Origin: Raillietiella orientalis
Lineage: Eukaryota
Length of the DNA: 64,000 nt
Assembly: GCA_036172245.1 (NCBI GenBank)
Contig: JAYWIR010000036.1
Location: forward strand, 744,001-808,000
Reading direction: 5' to 3'
This document shows, in pieces, positions 29,011 through 42,991 of the stretch. The position numbers were made by a program, and so were the translations under genes. Numbering within the stretch: position 1 is the stretch's first letter; every line of letters starts with the position of its first letter. The notes below the pieces were generated by a model. That model made no database searches and was not told the origin of the DNA. It worked only from the letters and a program-made list of their open reading frames with translations.

Positions 29011-31206
29011 GTAAATAAAACTTCTCTCTTCATCCGTCTGCACCTGCGTTCCGGAAGAGGAAATCGAAGTTTGGCAGTTGCAGTCCTGGAAGTTTCGTGT
29101 TCTGCAGCTGCATCCTGCATTCAGACTGCACCGCTCCCAGCTTTAACTGCTGCTTCCGTTCATCTTTTCTTGTGATTCGTGAGCGAATTTCATCAAAAAC
29201 CATCGTCTTAAGCGCGATCCATTTCGGCGATTTTGACCTGAATTGGAAGCAGCTGCGAACATCTGCATTGTAGCTGAATCTTAGGCGGCTGAATGAAGGC
29301 AAAATGCTGAAGCGTTTCTGGGAACTCAAGGAAGGGATCGGGTTGTTCGCGGACAGGAAGCCCAAACCGGTCTCTGGAATTTAGAAATTAAGATTGGTTT
29401 TGTGATGCAGCATTTCTCGCAGATGCTGCTGCTCATCAGAACTTAATCTTTGGACTTCAAGGTCCTGCTCATGTGATCAACTCTCTGTATCAAAGTATCA
29501 CAGTCTGTCAGACGAAACTTGATTGGTGTGGAAACCAGTTCCCTAACGACGAAGAAACACATTTCGCCACATTGCATTCAATATTTCAGCGTCTAATGTG
29601 AAAGGTGGGAAAAAATGTCAAAGTTAGAGAAGAGTTTGCAGACAAGTCTGGAGTTTTTTGAGAAATCAACGCAGAGTGGCACGTTTTTTCTTGTCCATTC
29701 TCAGTACAATCAGACACAGTTGCTCCCAATTTTCAGCTTGTGTAAATTATTTGACCAATAGACTTCGGTCTAACTTCGGCCCACCTCTACTAGCGTAATT
29801 TTTAAAAACCCGTCTTCCTATAGAAAGGTATCCTTTGAAATGCCTTGAAAAGAAATACTCTTTTCAAGCCGTATATCGATTTTCTCCAGAGTGACTACTG
29901 TACACCAAACAAATTGGTTTTGGATCGCAGATCAAGAATTGCCAAGATTCTTGGCATCCTCATTTGCTTACTCACAGTGTTGTGTTTATATGGACAAGCT
30001 TGCACAACAGAAAAAATGCAGAGCTTTCATCAAGATGCACTTCTAATCAGCCATATTAGAGAACAATCAATTAGTAAAAATTAACAATTCCCTTTTTAAA
30101 TTAGTTTTTGATTGTGCTACACTTTGATCTTAGCCAAAAGGCCGAGAAGCGATCTTTTGGTTGCTATATATCCTGCAGAGAAATATGATTCATACATAGA
30201 GATATATTTAAATTTCAAGTGATTCCAGTGATTTTTCAAGTATTTTTGCAACCATAAAAAAGTAAATCTTTTCCATCTATGTCTACATTTATCTACGCCG
30301 CTCGGGAGAAGCAAACTGTAGTAACGAAATTGAACAAAGTTAAAATTGGTTCCAACATAGAAATAACTGGTTACCCCGGTTTTATTTTAAATTGCAATCT
30401 TTTTGTTTCCCTTTTCAACTATCTTGTTTAATATCTCATTAATAATTGCTATGTAACAAAAGAAAACTATCTTTGTTTTATTTATTTTGTTTTGCGCCTT
30501 TCTTCGGCCCTGACAACTGGAGCAAGAGCGGCCTTACTCCAGTTAGGTAATGTAACTTGTCTTACCCGTCATCGTATTGGTGAAATCAAGAGCAAAAAAG
30601 ACCGAACATTACGAAACTGACCGTAGGAAATTTCAAGTTTTGAAAGTCGTTCGTTGCTGCGTTCAAAATAGTGATCTGCAGTATAATTCTTTACCATATC
30701 CAGCCAATTAGACAAAAAGGTCCTCAGGAATGATGTAGACTTTATTAACATGAAATTTAGCATTTCTACATTGAAACAAATCAGCTGCCTACTTGACAAG
30801 TGTATAAACAGAACAACATATTTGTCAGCAAAATACATTTGTGTCTCCACTGTTTGATCCACATTGCCATCAAAATATCTTGAATGTGCTTTCCAGTAGT
30901 TTGATCAGAATGCTGAAACCCATCCGTAAATTTCCACATTCCTTGATGCTCAAATGATAATAATCGATCAACAGATAAATAAGTGAATTGTACAGCATTT
31001 TGGAATTACATTTATTGAGATATATTAAAAATACACGACTTCCCTTATACAATGTATACTTATCTGCAGTTAAAAAGATCCAATTTAAGCATAAGATGTT
31101 TGGTAAATTTAATGTTCAAATGTAACAATTGAAATATTCCTTGAGAATTCCTTGGGAGTTCACATTTCTCCTACTTTTATACCTAGTTCCTGAACAATAT
31201 TAGTTG

Positions 31207-31785
31207 CTATGAAAATTGCTTCAGGAGATCTTGCATTTCTTTAGAAGAAGCCATATTGAGGAAAGTTTGTTTCTGTTGAGATAACAAGCTTTTCAAGGAG
31301 GGAGATATTTCTAACAACTTTTGAGCTAAATGAGCTTGGTTTTCTTTTACAGCTTTATGCAAGGCAGTCATTCCATCACTATCTACTAAAAATACATCTG
31401 CATTGTTCTCTAACAGTATGTCTACTATATTAGCATGACCTTGATGTATAGCTCTATGTAAAGGTGTAGAACCTCCATTTGTTTGTACATTAGGATTTGC
31501 ACCAGCTTTAAGTAATACTTCACAAACATTTAATTTACCATTTCTTGCAGCATAATGCAGAGCAGTGTAACCACTGCTGTCTTTTGCATTTGGATCCTTT
31601 CCTGATGCCAAGTAGTCACATACTTTTCCAATATCACCATCGATTGCTGTATAAAATCATAAAGCAACTTATCTGTACAATGAATCTTTATTACCAGCAG
31701 ACCATATACCTCTAGAAAAATCTAATTCACTTAAAGACTGCTGTGGACCATGAGCGCAACAACAAGTATGATTGTTTTTCTCCAT
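31207..31785 (-). CDS. ANKRD39: Ankyrin repeat domain-containing protein 39. Exons 31785-31695 and 31646-31207
   Basis: [35 protein letters not shown]...DSSGYTALHYAAR...GGSTPLHRA...DSDGMTALHKA. One 48-nt GT-AG intron. Confidence 0.92.
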
Positions 31786-32299
31786 CACTCTGATACAAAA
31801 AAAATATTTGATCACCTTTTAAAAAGTGTCTATAGTACACGATGCACAAACACGTATTTTTATTGGGTATCGTGAATTACATCCTCAGAAATTATCAATG
31901 AAATGTTACCAGACGACTTCAAACTGCCAAATTATTCTCGAGTTTTCGCACAGAGTTACTTTGTCAAATGCAGACATTGTAATAGCAAGAAAATAAAAAA
32001 CATTTCACTAGTAGAAAAACTATCGTTACTTTTTTTTTTCTAATTTATACGAAAGACTTACGAACTTTCTAACTTATTCTTTGGTTATTAGTCTTTTTCG
32101 CGATTCGAATCAATTTTGGGTTCTTAAAAATCTATGATTTTCATAATTACAACTTTAAACATATTAAATCTTTTCGAAAATTGGTAAAGGAACTGATTCC
32201 ATCAGATTTCGACATTACTGTGCAAATATCGAGGTATATTACCTAGCTCTTTGCATATGGTAATACATTCATACTCACAGGAACCTGGTCGCCTCCGAG

Positions 32300-33900
32300 A
32301 AGAATGCATCTCCACACACCAGGCGTTGTAAGTGTCTGTCGCATTTAATTGGACTCTTCACAAGGAAATAGCCTGATGCAACGCTGCACTCTTGCTTTTG
32401 TGTTCAGATGATCCAGTTTGGAACGAAGTTGCCGCCTTAGCAACCAGAATTTCTTAAGGTAAGAAATAAGGTAGGAAAATACGTTCGGAGGCAGTCACAG
32501 CTAATACATGGGACCATAGTGAAATTTCCTGAATCCAGAGAATCCCTTTCCTGTTTTCTGTATCCGATTCTTGTTTTGTCAGACAGAAACTAGTGCTCTG
32601 TTCTAAAATGTCAGTATCAGAGCTCATGAAGAGGTGGGATGGTAAGTGCTCATGGATGCAGCCTCTCTTCAGAACCACTCTGTCGACTAGCCAACAGGTA
32701 TCTCTTGAGTGTGACTCACGTCGCTAGTACATTTGGGTATTTCCACCCAATGCCTATTCATTAAATATTTCTTGCAGATTGAAAACTGCCTGTGAGGATG
32801 CGTGTACTTTTGTCACTCATATCCTCAGAACACCAAGAGTACGAGGATTCTCAGGAAGAGATCAAGCAGTGATCCCTTGAGAATCCTGGTTCCTTTGGTA
32901 CTCTGAGGATGCGACCGGACAGAAGTAGATTCCCTCCGCTTTCTCTTTTTAAACGTTTCTATCGAACCTGTTCTTCTCACGTTTTCTTGAGAAACGTTAC
33001 TGGAAACTCTTTGTTGTCGTATACCTATTACTTACTGCTGCTGAGAGTGTCAGAAAATTCTTTAAGAATCCATCTTTTGTCAGAAAACCGGTGTTCAGCA
33101 GCTGGGTTCTCCGTGCATCTCAAGAAATGTGTCACCCTTTGCTACTCAAAAAAAGCGCCCTATTTTTTTTAAGCCATGAAGACATATTTTTAGATTAACA
33201 GGGTAACATCCCCACTTTCTGACTCTCGGAAGCATATAAACATCTGGGAAAACCTTTCGGATGGGATATCTTCCTGTCTAAGCCTATTAAAAAACAAATC
33301 ATAACCAAGGAGGAGACTATTTTAGAGCGTGCAGGAAGATCGATGCCATGCAAACGCTATACTCGTGCAGCTTTGAGCACCAATAAAGGTTGAGTATGCA
33401 TCAAAGGCGACCGGTCAGCTATCAATAATAAGATCAAGCAGCTGGTCAAGAACTTCTTCCATCATCCGCGAAAGGGTGTGAACGAATACCTTGACTCTGA
33501 ACTCTCCAAGGGATGTCTCGGGCTTATGAATCTCTCCGACGAAGCCGAATTGTTGATAATGGCTTGAGACTTGAATTTTTGGAAACCAAACATTCTTGGG
33601 ACTTTCTGGGAACCTCTGCGAAATATAGTTGGCGAAAGAGTACTAGCTCCACCCAGAGACGAAAGCCAGGGAAAAGTAATGTTGAGAGACGTGTCTGAGA
33701 AGCAGAATGAACTAATACCCAGAATTATTCATTTCTGCGTAATGCTAATCCCACAAGCTCCAAACAGCCAAACTCGAAATTTTAAGGCAAATACTGATCT
33801 ATCTACAAAGTGTCTCTTGAATTTCTGTCCATCTCTGATTAAAGGTTGTATAAAAATCTCTAATCGAAATTCTCTGTATATCGATCGATCCTCTCCCAGC
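32300..33900 (+). mobile_element. Possible decayed non-LTR retrotransposon remnant
   Basis: GC above the flanks; fragments EAYKHLGKPFG (RT motif 7-like, about 33230) and IKQLVKNFFH. Many stops. Confidence 0.3.
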
Positions 33901-35821
33901 TATCTTGATTCATAAAATGCAGTCTTAAATATCACACGGAAAGAAATGAAACGGGCCGACGACGGGTGACAATCAGCAGTCAATGGAATTATATGAAAAC
34001 TTTTAAACAACCTCAAATCCAGAATAATGCTTTAATTCAATATTTTAAACTAAGGGCAGCATCTTCGAACCATCCAGGAGAGAAAACAGTATGCTTAAAA
34101 CTGCAAACTACGCCCAAAAACAAATATGAAATGTAATACATATCATCAAAATCACTTGGAAAAAAGTACAAATCAAATTAGTCAAGTTTAAGTGTTACTT
34201 GAGTGATTGGTTCAGAAACACTTTTTCTAACCATTTACATACATTTGAAGATATTCATTTTACTAAACTTTGTTTCCAATAACAGTTTCATCCAATATTT
34301 TGTATTGTTTAAATTCTTCATATTTATCTAGCTGCTTACTCCAAATGGAATCAACTTTGAATCATTTTTTTTCCCAAAGTGCTCACAAAGAATAGAACAA
34401 CAGGGATTATTTCAAATAGCAATGGGATTCTGGCAAACAATTATTTAAATCACAGCACATTGAAATGTCGGCAGGAAAAAAAATATCAATTTTCTAAAGT
34501 TCCTATTTTAAGCGAAATCAATTATATTTCTAGACAAGGAAATGTGGGAGTTCTAAAAGCTCTTGTTTCTCAAAATTCCACCATATAGACTCCATAATTC
34601 ATTCTGGTTTCCGATTTCGAATTAAGAAGATAATGGAAGGAGTCTGAAGCTCAGCTGGTGGGTTTACTTTATTCCTTTGACGATCATACAATTTTATATA
34701 TACTTCTATTTACGTTGTCATCAAATACCTTTGAATCCTACGAATGTAGTAAATGAATAGTCTATCAATAATCAGATAGACTTTCTGGTGTTTTCATAAC
34801 TGCTCTTCAAAACAAAACCTAACATTCTTAATGATCAAAATCAAATCTCTCTGAAGGTGCATATTAAGTTTTATTAGAATTCAGAAAATAGATGAACACT
34901 GGAATAGAAGCAAAAGTTTTGAAACTTAATCAAATTGAATTAGCATAGTTTTGTTGAGAAATTTCGCTATATTTTTTAGAGTTAGCCTAATCTTTGAAGA
35001 GCATCTTTAATTGGTTTGTGTGCCTGCGTCTTCTGGGACTGAAATAGTAAATGGCAGCATTATTCCTTTAATGAAATAAAACTGGGAAAGTTTCTGAATC
35101 AATCAAGTTTAATTTGATTGGATTTCCGGAAGTTATGTACATTAGAATGGAACATCTAAGAACAGAATAGAATTTCTTAAATTACCAATAATTTGATGAA
35201 TGCAAACGAAAGAATGAAAAATAAATAAAAAACGCGGAAATAAATAATACCAGAATCCATGCATTTAAGGAGTTAATAATTAATATTGACTAGTTCATCA
35301 ATTCACAGGAATGTAATTAACTTTATTTTGACAGCAGCATTGGAAATTGAATTCATGAAATGCATCTCCAGTTGTTACATGTTCTTTAAAGATTCAAATA
35401 TAAATGCAATCCAATGTCTTGTTTTCACTTGCTCTCAGAGCCAGGAAGAATTTCTTAGTTGCTTCTTTTCACACCAGTTCACATCTATTGATTATTTGCA
35501 CGGTTCAGCTTGAGAATTTCTGTCTACAGTAAATGTTTTTGTCTTGCAGAAAGGAAAACATCATTTTCCCTATTTTCCCTGTTTTTTCTATGAATTTTTC
35601 TTTTTTTTAAACAAATGGATATTTTTTCGTCAAATAATGCTATTTCTCAAAATAAGGTAAGGAGTAATTGTCTTTAAATTCATGAGAAGTCATTCATTAT
35701 CATTTATTGTTATCAGAAGGCTTGTTTTATCTCAAACCCAAATAGTGATTTGGCATTCCTTACACCAAGTTGTTTTGGTATGCACGTTTTAAGTTTCTTG
35801 GTATAAAGTTTCGTACCGAAG

Positions 35822-37635
35822 ATGTCGGGAAGAGAAGGTACAGTGTAAGATAATATTCAATTTTGATAGCTTATGAGTGAACAAAAATTTTTCTTAACAT
35901 ATTTTTGGTTTCAATTGATTTGGAATAAATTACAGTGCGCCTTAACATTGAGTCAAACTTCTCAGTGCAGTGTCTTTTAAATTCTTTACCTCATTTTGCA
36001 TACTTTTTTTGTTGCCTAATGTTTAAATGAAATGTACAGTCATTTTTATTTCATAATTCAGGAGGCAAGAGAAAACCCTTAAAGCAGCCCAGAAAAGAGA
36101 AAAAGGAATTCGATGAGGTATTGAAAAAGAGTTGTGTTGATATTTGTGACTTTAAGTTTGATGTGGCACTTTTGTATCTGTACTGTGAATATGAAGAAAT
36201 TACTTTGCACTTCTTTATTAAAAATAAAGTACTGCATTAACAGCTTGTTCTGTAAAATGTGTGGTAATTGTTCGTGAACTGGTAACATTTGCCACCCAGA
36301 ATCATCGCAATTCTCCACTTTTAAATAAGCCCGAATAAAGTTTCCCTTTAACAAGATGGAAAGTACTAGTGTCCATAGAATATGTATCGGAACCAATATT
36401 GGTATTTTTTTATGTAAGTGGCAAATGATGAATGAAGGAATGAAAATTTAAATCACGAGTTTGAGGTGCTTTCTTGAAAGAACTTCTCAGTCATTTCACA
36501 GAAGAAAAATTTTCTATGAGAGTGTTTTACCTTCTTGTAACGTCTGTTATGATGCAGCAAAGCTTTAGGACACAAACATTCTGTTTTGAATGCACATTAC
36601 TATAACAATAGAGATGAAATTGAATATCAAATTGAATTTATAATTTTAATTGCATTATATTATAGCATTAATAAAACAGATAGAGACATTGGAAAATTCT
36701 CTCGTTTGTGTTCCAGAATTGGTACACTTTGGGAAGTTTTGTTGTTTCTGAGTTCATTTAAGTTTTGTGTCAATAGACACAACTAGTGAGTGTATATTAA
36801 CCACATCTAAGTGATATTTGAATTTAGTGCTTGTGTGACCAGTTTCTAATATTTTAATATTTTTGTAAGTTTCCGAATGAGAGAAAGCATCATAGTTGAT
36901 TAATATATGTGGTGATAAAATAAATGTTAGAATGATTAGGGAATTCATCATTCATTATCATTTTGTGCTTATAAAATTGAAAGGATTGATTCTGTGTTTG
37001 TGGGTTATGAGTCTAACCACTTATTTTCTACCACTAAGTGAAGCATATATATTGTATTATGAAAATACTTGCAACGCACATAAGCATTTTTATGTTTCCT
37101 TTTGTTACTATTGGCAAGGAAAACTGTGCTTAGCTTTAAGAAAAAATGTTTACAATTGCATAAAAATCCTAACACTGACAAAAATGCAGAAAGCTTTTGC
37201 TTATTTGGCAAAAATCTTGACAAAATTACGGCTATCAGAGGGGCTTTTTTTTTTAGTTAGGATTTGGAGTTGAGTGTCACTTAGTAGCTGCTGTACTGAC
37301 TTAATTAAGAGAACATACAATCCCATAGAAATATAAAAGAATACAGATTTTGGTCCAGTACAAATATTTGTATTAGGATTCCACATTTCCAATTTTTTTT
37401 TTTCTTTCTTGTTTCAAGCGTACATTTTTTTGCATGAATAGTTTTCTTTGCAATAGACTGATGCCGCTTTAAAAGCAAAGCAGAAACAAGAGGAAAAACT
37501 TCTGGCTGAAGCACGGGCCAGAGCAGCAGCTAAGGGTCCTATGGGTATGGCATATTCCGTTGAGAATTTTTTAAATGACATTCCTTTGGTTCTGATTTAG
37601 GTGTAGGTGGAATCAAAAAGTCCGGGAAGAAATGA
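35822..37635 (+). CDS. TMA7: Translation machinery-associated protein 7. Exons 35822-35837, 36062-36117, 37457-37544, 37601-37635
   Basis: Spliced product [64 protein letters not shown]. All introns are GT-AG and phase-compatible; AATAAA at 37741. Not in the ORF track. Confidence 0.96.
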
Positions 37636-39369
37636 TCACAATACTTCAGTGAAGCTTACTCATATATTCTTCCTGCTGAGTTTCAGCACCAAGTCCAAAA
37701 TGTGTCTGTGAATTGTGCTACATTGGGGACCAATGAAATGAATAAATCACTCATGCTTATGTGGAGCTTACATTTTTCATTTTATTGAATTTTTGTGCTT
37801 ATGGAACTCTTTATGTCTGCATAAAGCATTTGGAGAGGTAAAGTTGATTACAGTGATCATGGGTCATTGCACATGTGATTTTTGCTTATAATCATTATAC
37901 ATTATGTATGCAGTATGCCTGAGATTGAGCAGCGAATTTGTTATGTAAAGGATACACTCGACGCAAGATGAATTTTTGATCCAACAATCTGCAGCATTTT
38001 ACGGAATGCTGCATCCAGCACCAAGATTGCTAAGAGCAACTCTCTGGTGTCTGCACATATGCAATGTTTACAAGCTTGCCACAAATATTCCTGGCGGAGC
38101 TAGACTGCTCATTGATCTTTTTTTTTTTTTATAATCCCCAGAAGCTCACTTTGATTGTATTGCTTTTTTTCTTTTCACTCAGAGATGCTTTCTCATCTTT
38201 TTTGGCTTTCGCCGCAAATGCTTTGCAAAATCAAAACTTTGAACGTTTTTTACATGCTTGAAAACATCAATTTGCAAATTTACCAAAAGTTGCGAGTCGT
38301 ATCCGAGTCACGAACAAGAAGCCAAAAAAAAACGAAGCCATTTGCAGAGTCTGCCGTTTGTTTGGATAGACTTTTAATCGTTTTTACCTTTATTCACGAA
38401 AGATCAACGGACTTGCTGCCAAACATCCCCCATGTCTCGGAAGCTCCCCTCTTTTTTGTGCAGCTTTTGTGTACTCCGACGTGTTTTCTGAATAGTGAGC
38501 TAATCGAGCAGGTGCTGTTGTCTTTGGCACACGTCAGCATTGCATTCGGACGGAAGACGTGAAATGTTGAACATTTGTAACCATGGTGTTCTACAAAGAC
38601 CAGATGCACACCAGCAGTAGGTTGAGCTTTCCGTTATCTTTTCACAGCACGTAGTTTTCAATCTGGTAACAGGTCAATTGATTCATTATCTGTAACGTGC
38701 TGCATGCTCTTCACGTGTGTTCCAGAGAAACAACAGCTTCATTAAAACAGGAGCAGATGAGCATCTTGGTAAGAGCCAAGTCTGGCAAAGGAAAACCTAT
38801 ACGTATGGGGTGCAGGGTATGGGTATGGAATACTGGAAGGTGTTTCTTTCTTTGCCTTACACCCAACCCAGTCTTTTCTTTCTTTTTTTTCCTGCTCAGA
38901 CATTCCGCGACAGCAAAAACATCTCCATCTGTTTCATGGAGCTATCCAGGAGTGATTTGCAGATAAAGTCGATCAGAACTTCGCCACAAGGTGCAAGTTT
39001 TCCTACTCGTGACATTGACCAAGGAGAAGAGGAAGCGATCTCGACCTCGGAAGTGCTAGCGAGAGAAAGAATGATTTCACGAAATCACAGTCTGCTGAAA
39101 TACTTTTTCACATAAACGCAAAGTGTTTTAGAGATTATGAATTGTATAAATGTACGAAGAACGAAAGAAAGAAAAATACTTTCAAAACTTGAAAAACTTG
39201 AATTTTTTTTTTTTTTCTAGTTCCACTCTAAATTTGAGTCGTCTACACATGATCACATTGCTGTGGGATGAATCTATTTCACAACTTTATGCAATCACAA
39301 CAGCTTTTCATCGCACTAAGGATGGCACTTTGTTAGCTGTTTTACACAGTTTGTGTCACTTTCACTGTC

Positions 39370-42340
39370 ACGATCGGGGTCGTGTCTTTCTAGATGTGGT
39401 CCTAGAGGATGGCGGGCAGCATTTTCCTCACTTGGGTAACATCCGCAATCTTCTTCAAGATGTCCAAGCGGGTTTTCTGCCACAGTTCCTGGTCGTGATT
39501 TCTCCCTGGATTACACCTCGTAGGAATTCAGTCGTAGGCACTGTTCTGCTGACGTTGTATCCTTGCTCTTCTGATCGCAATGCTCGTGATGAAGAGGGCG
39601 ATGGTAGTGCGGATCATGGGATTCTACCGGGAAACGTTCTCGTTCTCTTCGAACATCCCCGCCAGGATCTTCATCTTCGTCTTCGTCTGCAGGCTTGTCA
39701 CCGCCTTCAGCGTTGTCCAGTCCTTGCGTAGCGTCGGGCAGGTGAAGACGTGGTTTCCTTGTCTCCTCACGCCTTGCAGAGTACATCCTGAAAGTTGCCT
39801 GTCCAGTGTGTTTCTCTGGATCCACTCAGGATGCCCCCGTGGTGGAACATGAGGAACTCATCCCGAGTGTCCGGTGGTAGGTCGCTCCTCCAGGTCATCT
39901 GTCCAACCACTGGTGGGTTCACGTTGCGGATCCCGAAGCGGTTGACAGCTCTTTTGAGGCACCGCCTTCTTCCTTTCGGAGGGTCATTACTTGGTGGATG
40001 TTAGTTCTGCTGGTAAGGCAAGACAAGAAACAAATGCAGGATGCCTTCGTTTTTAGTTTTTTCCAAAGGTCCTGAATCTTGTGGGTGAATTTTCCTGCCA
40101 TCCTTATTGTGTAGCGATGCAATGGTGCATTTTGTGGCAATGGCCACTCGTGACGAACCGTTCGCAGTTGTGGGTGGTCATTCCTATCCACTTCCAGATA
40201 TCCCAGGGGACCGGTGTGAAATACGGGATAATCATTGCCAGTTCTTCCTGACAAAGTTCCTTGCTTCTCGGAAGATTTTGCATTGTTGAGTCGTCACCAT
40301 TTTTTGTTTTCTCTTCCAAGTGGGGCTCTATGTTACCCCATTCTCCAATTTTGCCTATTAGTGCTCACATCAGGACACTCGAGCTGTTGACCAACTTCAC
40401 GCAGGATGTGTGTCGCATAAGACCACTCTTCTCATTTTATGGTGAATTCCAGGAGTTGTTGCGCATCCATATCCTACATGGCTTGGTCCAGCGACTTCAT
40501 TCGGATCTCAGCTTCCTCTTGCAGGCGGTATAAGACTTTCAGACGAACCGGTGGTTTATGTTCTCTTCGGAGTTTCTTCCGCTGAAGCTACTTTACTTCC
40601 ATCCTCGTTTTCTTATCCAGTCGGCAAAAGGCCGCTCCGGAGAGCACCTTGGGAAGGAGGACTCCGTTCCACAACTTGGCCCCTGCTTGGTGTTGAAGTC
40701 CGTGCAGATGTACCTCTTCAATTCTCTTCTGGCTTTCCCCAGGATTTCCGTCCACGACGTTTGTGAAGCCGGGGCTCTCCGATGCGGATTCCCAGGTACT
40801 TAATTTCATCCACCACTAGGGAACCCTTTCCTGTTAATGCGGAAAGATTCAGGATTCTGATGGGCAGCATCTGGGACTTCTGGGCATTGATTTTCAGGCC
40901 CAGTCCTTCTTATATTTATCTGACAACTTCCAGAAACTCGTGCTGATTCTTCTCGTCCTTCAGGGAAGAAAGAAGGGAGGAAAAATGAAGAAGACCGTCC
41001 GCATATGGCTAAACAGATCAGACTGTCGTCTCCGATTGCGAGTCCTTGGAGGATGATTATTCGGTCGATGATGGATGACACAGCTTCCGTGTAGATTACG
41101 AGCGGCCTTTGGACTCGGGGCATCTCCTTGACGGGCCTTCCTTTCTGCCCGGATTGCCACTGTCTCGTTTCCTTTAATTCGGATCCTGAAGTGTGCGTCT
41201 TTGTGGACCACCTGCACGTACTCTAGGAAGTGAGTAAAATCAAGTTGTGAAGTAAGAGTATTATAAGGTCTATATATAAAATCTATAATGAATTTAAGGG
41301 ACGATTATAGATTATAGATTTTTCACTATAACAGTAAATTCAAAAATACAAAACAAGACAGCTTTGCTCAATACAATCATTCATGCTATCAATTAAATAG
41401 CTAATTATTATGCTACCTTAGCACAGTCAAAATACCACAGCTGTTTATTATACACCGTGCAGACCCTACCTTATATCATTCATAAGAAAATGTTTTTAAG
41501 AAACATGTTAAACAAATTTTTGCCGAGTTCCTTATCATATTCTTACTTCACAACTTAATTTTACTTAACATTTTTACTAATTAAAACATTATTTCACATA
41601 AATCATTAGTAATTACATTCCATTTACATAATATTTTAAAAATCGATATTAACTTAGTATTAAAACCCTATAATAGCTACCTCTAAGCCCATGATCTATC
41701 GTTATCATTCTACATTTACGACTGTGGGAAGCCCATCTTTTCCAAGATTCGCAGAAGCAGCATCCCGTGGTCCACGGTATCGAATGCCTCCTCAACGTCC
41801 GTGGAGGCCAACACCAGGTTGTCACCGACGCACCGGCCGATGGTGGCCCGGGCGCGATTCAAGTTGCCACACATGCGCACAGCGCAGGTCTGCGTCTCAG
41901 AGATCAACGACGGCAGGGCCTTCTTCAGATGGCTGGCCAAGACCTTTGCCAACCATCTGACATCCGCCTTCAAGATGAAGATGGGCCACCGCTGCATGAC
42001 TTTCTCGAGCCACTTTCGCCACCTTTCGGCAGCAGCCGCATCCTACTTCGTGGAACGACTCCAGGACCTTCCTTTCCTCTCGGGTTCTGATGGTCAGTTC
42101 GTGGGACAGGCGCAGATAGGGGTGCAGATACCTCAGACAGGTAGTGCGAGATGGGAACACTGTCTCCGCCTGCCACCACGTCTTTGCGCAGTTCTGTGAA
42201 CTCCTTCTTGACTTCCTCGAGGGAGATGCCCGCATTCAGTTCTTCTTTCGGCGCATGCTCAAGTTTGCGCTGCAGGTGTCGCGGGATCACCTGCTGTTCC
42301 ATCGGGCAAAGATCATGTCGTTGGAATAAGTTAGCGTAGT
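39370..42340 (-). mobile_element. L1/Tx1-like LINE, lineage A copy 2 (5'-truncated, decayed, interrupted)
   Basis: WPIFIL..QTCAV..DVEEAFDTVDH..LEKMGFP (41.7-42.0 kb); RQGDAPSP..VIYTEA (41.1 kb); C-terminal KILAGMFEENENVSR..IALFITSIAIRRARI, matching KILRRLFEGGDGVSR..VAFFLRSILIRKAKL of copy 1. Confidence 0.85.
41233..41718. mobile_element. AT-rich insertion of about 490 bp splitting the RT of lineage A copy 2
   Basis: RT reads ..EKMGFPQS | HFLEYVQVVH.. across an abrupt AT-rich block whose ends are GTAAA / TTTAC. Confidence 0.55.
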
Positions 42341-42991
42341 GGCCTTGGAACAGCTTCGTGATCCCTTTCGACGTGTGCTGAACCTCAGTGGTGGAGATGT
42401 CGGTGACAAATGCTTTCCTTCTTTTATCTATCTATCCATCCATCTATCTATGCATCCTTCTGTGAGCTACCGGTTACCCGGCTTGTTTCGACCCGGATCG
42501 CGAAGCAGATGCTGGTGTTCTCGTGGTTCCGTCCATGGAATCTGTTAAGAACTGGGGGTGCATTCCTGCTTGACTCCCGAACCGGTCGAGGTGGTCAGTG
42601 GCGGTTCCCTCTTGCGCAGTTGTGGATGCGCGCTCACAAGATTCCTTGACAGTCGTCTCCACACCGTCCTCCTCCTCCTCCTCTCCGCGGGCAGCAGCAG
42701 CTCTTGCCCGAGCTCCTGCGAACGCATGCGTGGGGCCTCGGCGGGTTCTCGCGGCGCGGTGGGCGGAAGAGGATCCGGCTCTCCTAGCGACGAAGAACCC
42801 GATTCGAAGGAGAGCTGTTTCTATGGGGGTTCCCTCCACGCGGAAGGAACCCCCTTCCGATTTCGAGGGTGAACAGAGAGCCGCACTCGAGGTGCCTTGG
42901 AGGTGCGCGATGGACGCAGCGCCCCCCCTCCCCCCATCGTCGCTGCCGTCCAACCGATTGCTCTCGCAGATGCCGAAGGGGATTCGGGAGA

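Noticed and set aside
29385..29450. Hammerhead-like string on the minus strand (CTGATGA-GCAG..CTGC-GAGAAA..ATC)
   Set aside because: There is an extra GA before GAAA, stem III is only about 3 bp, and stem I does not pair next to the putative cleavage site.
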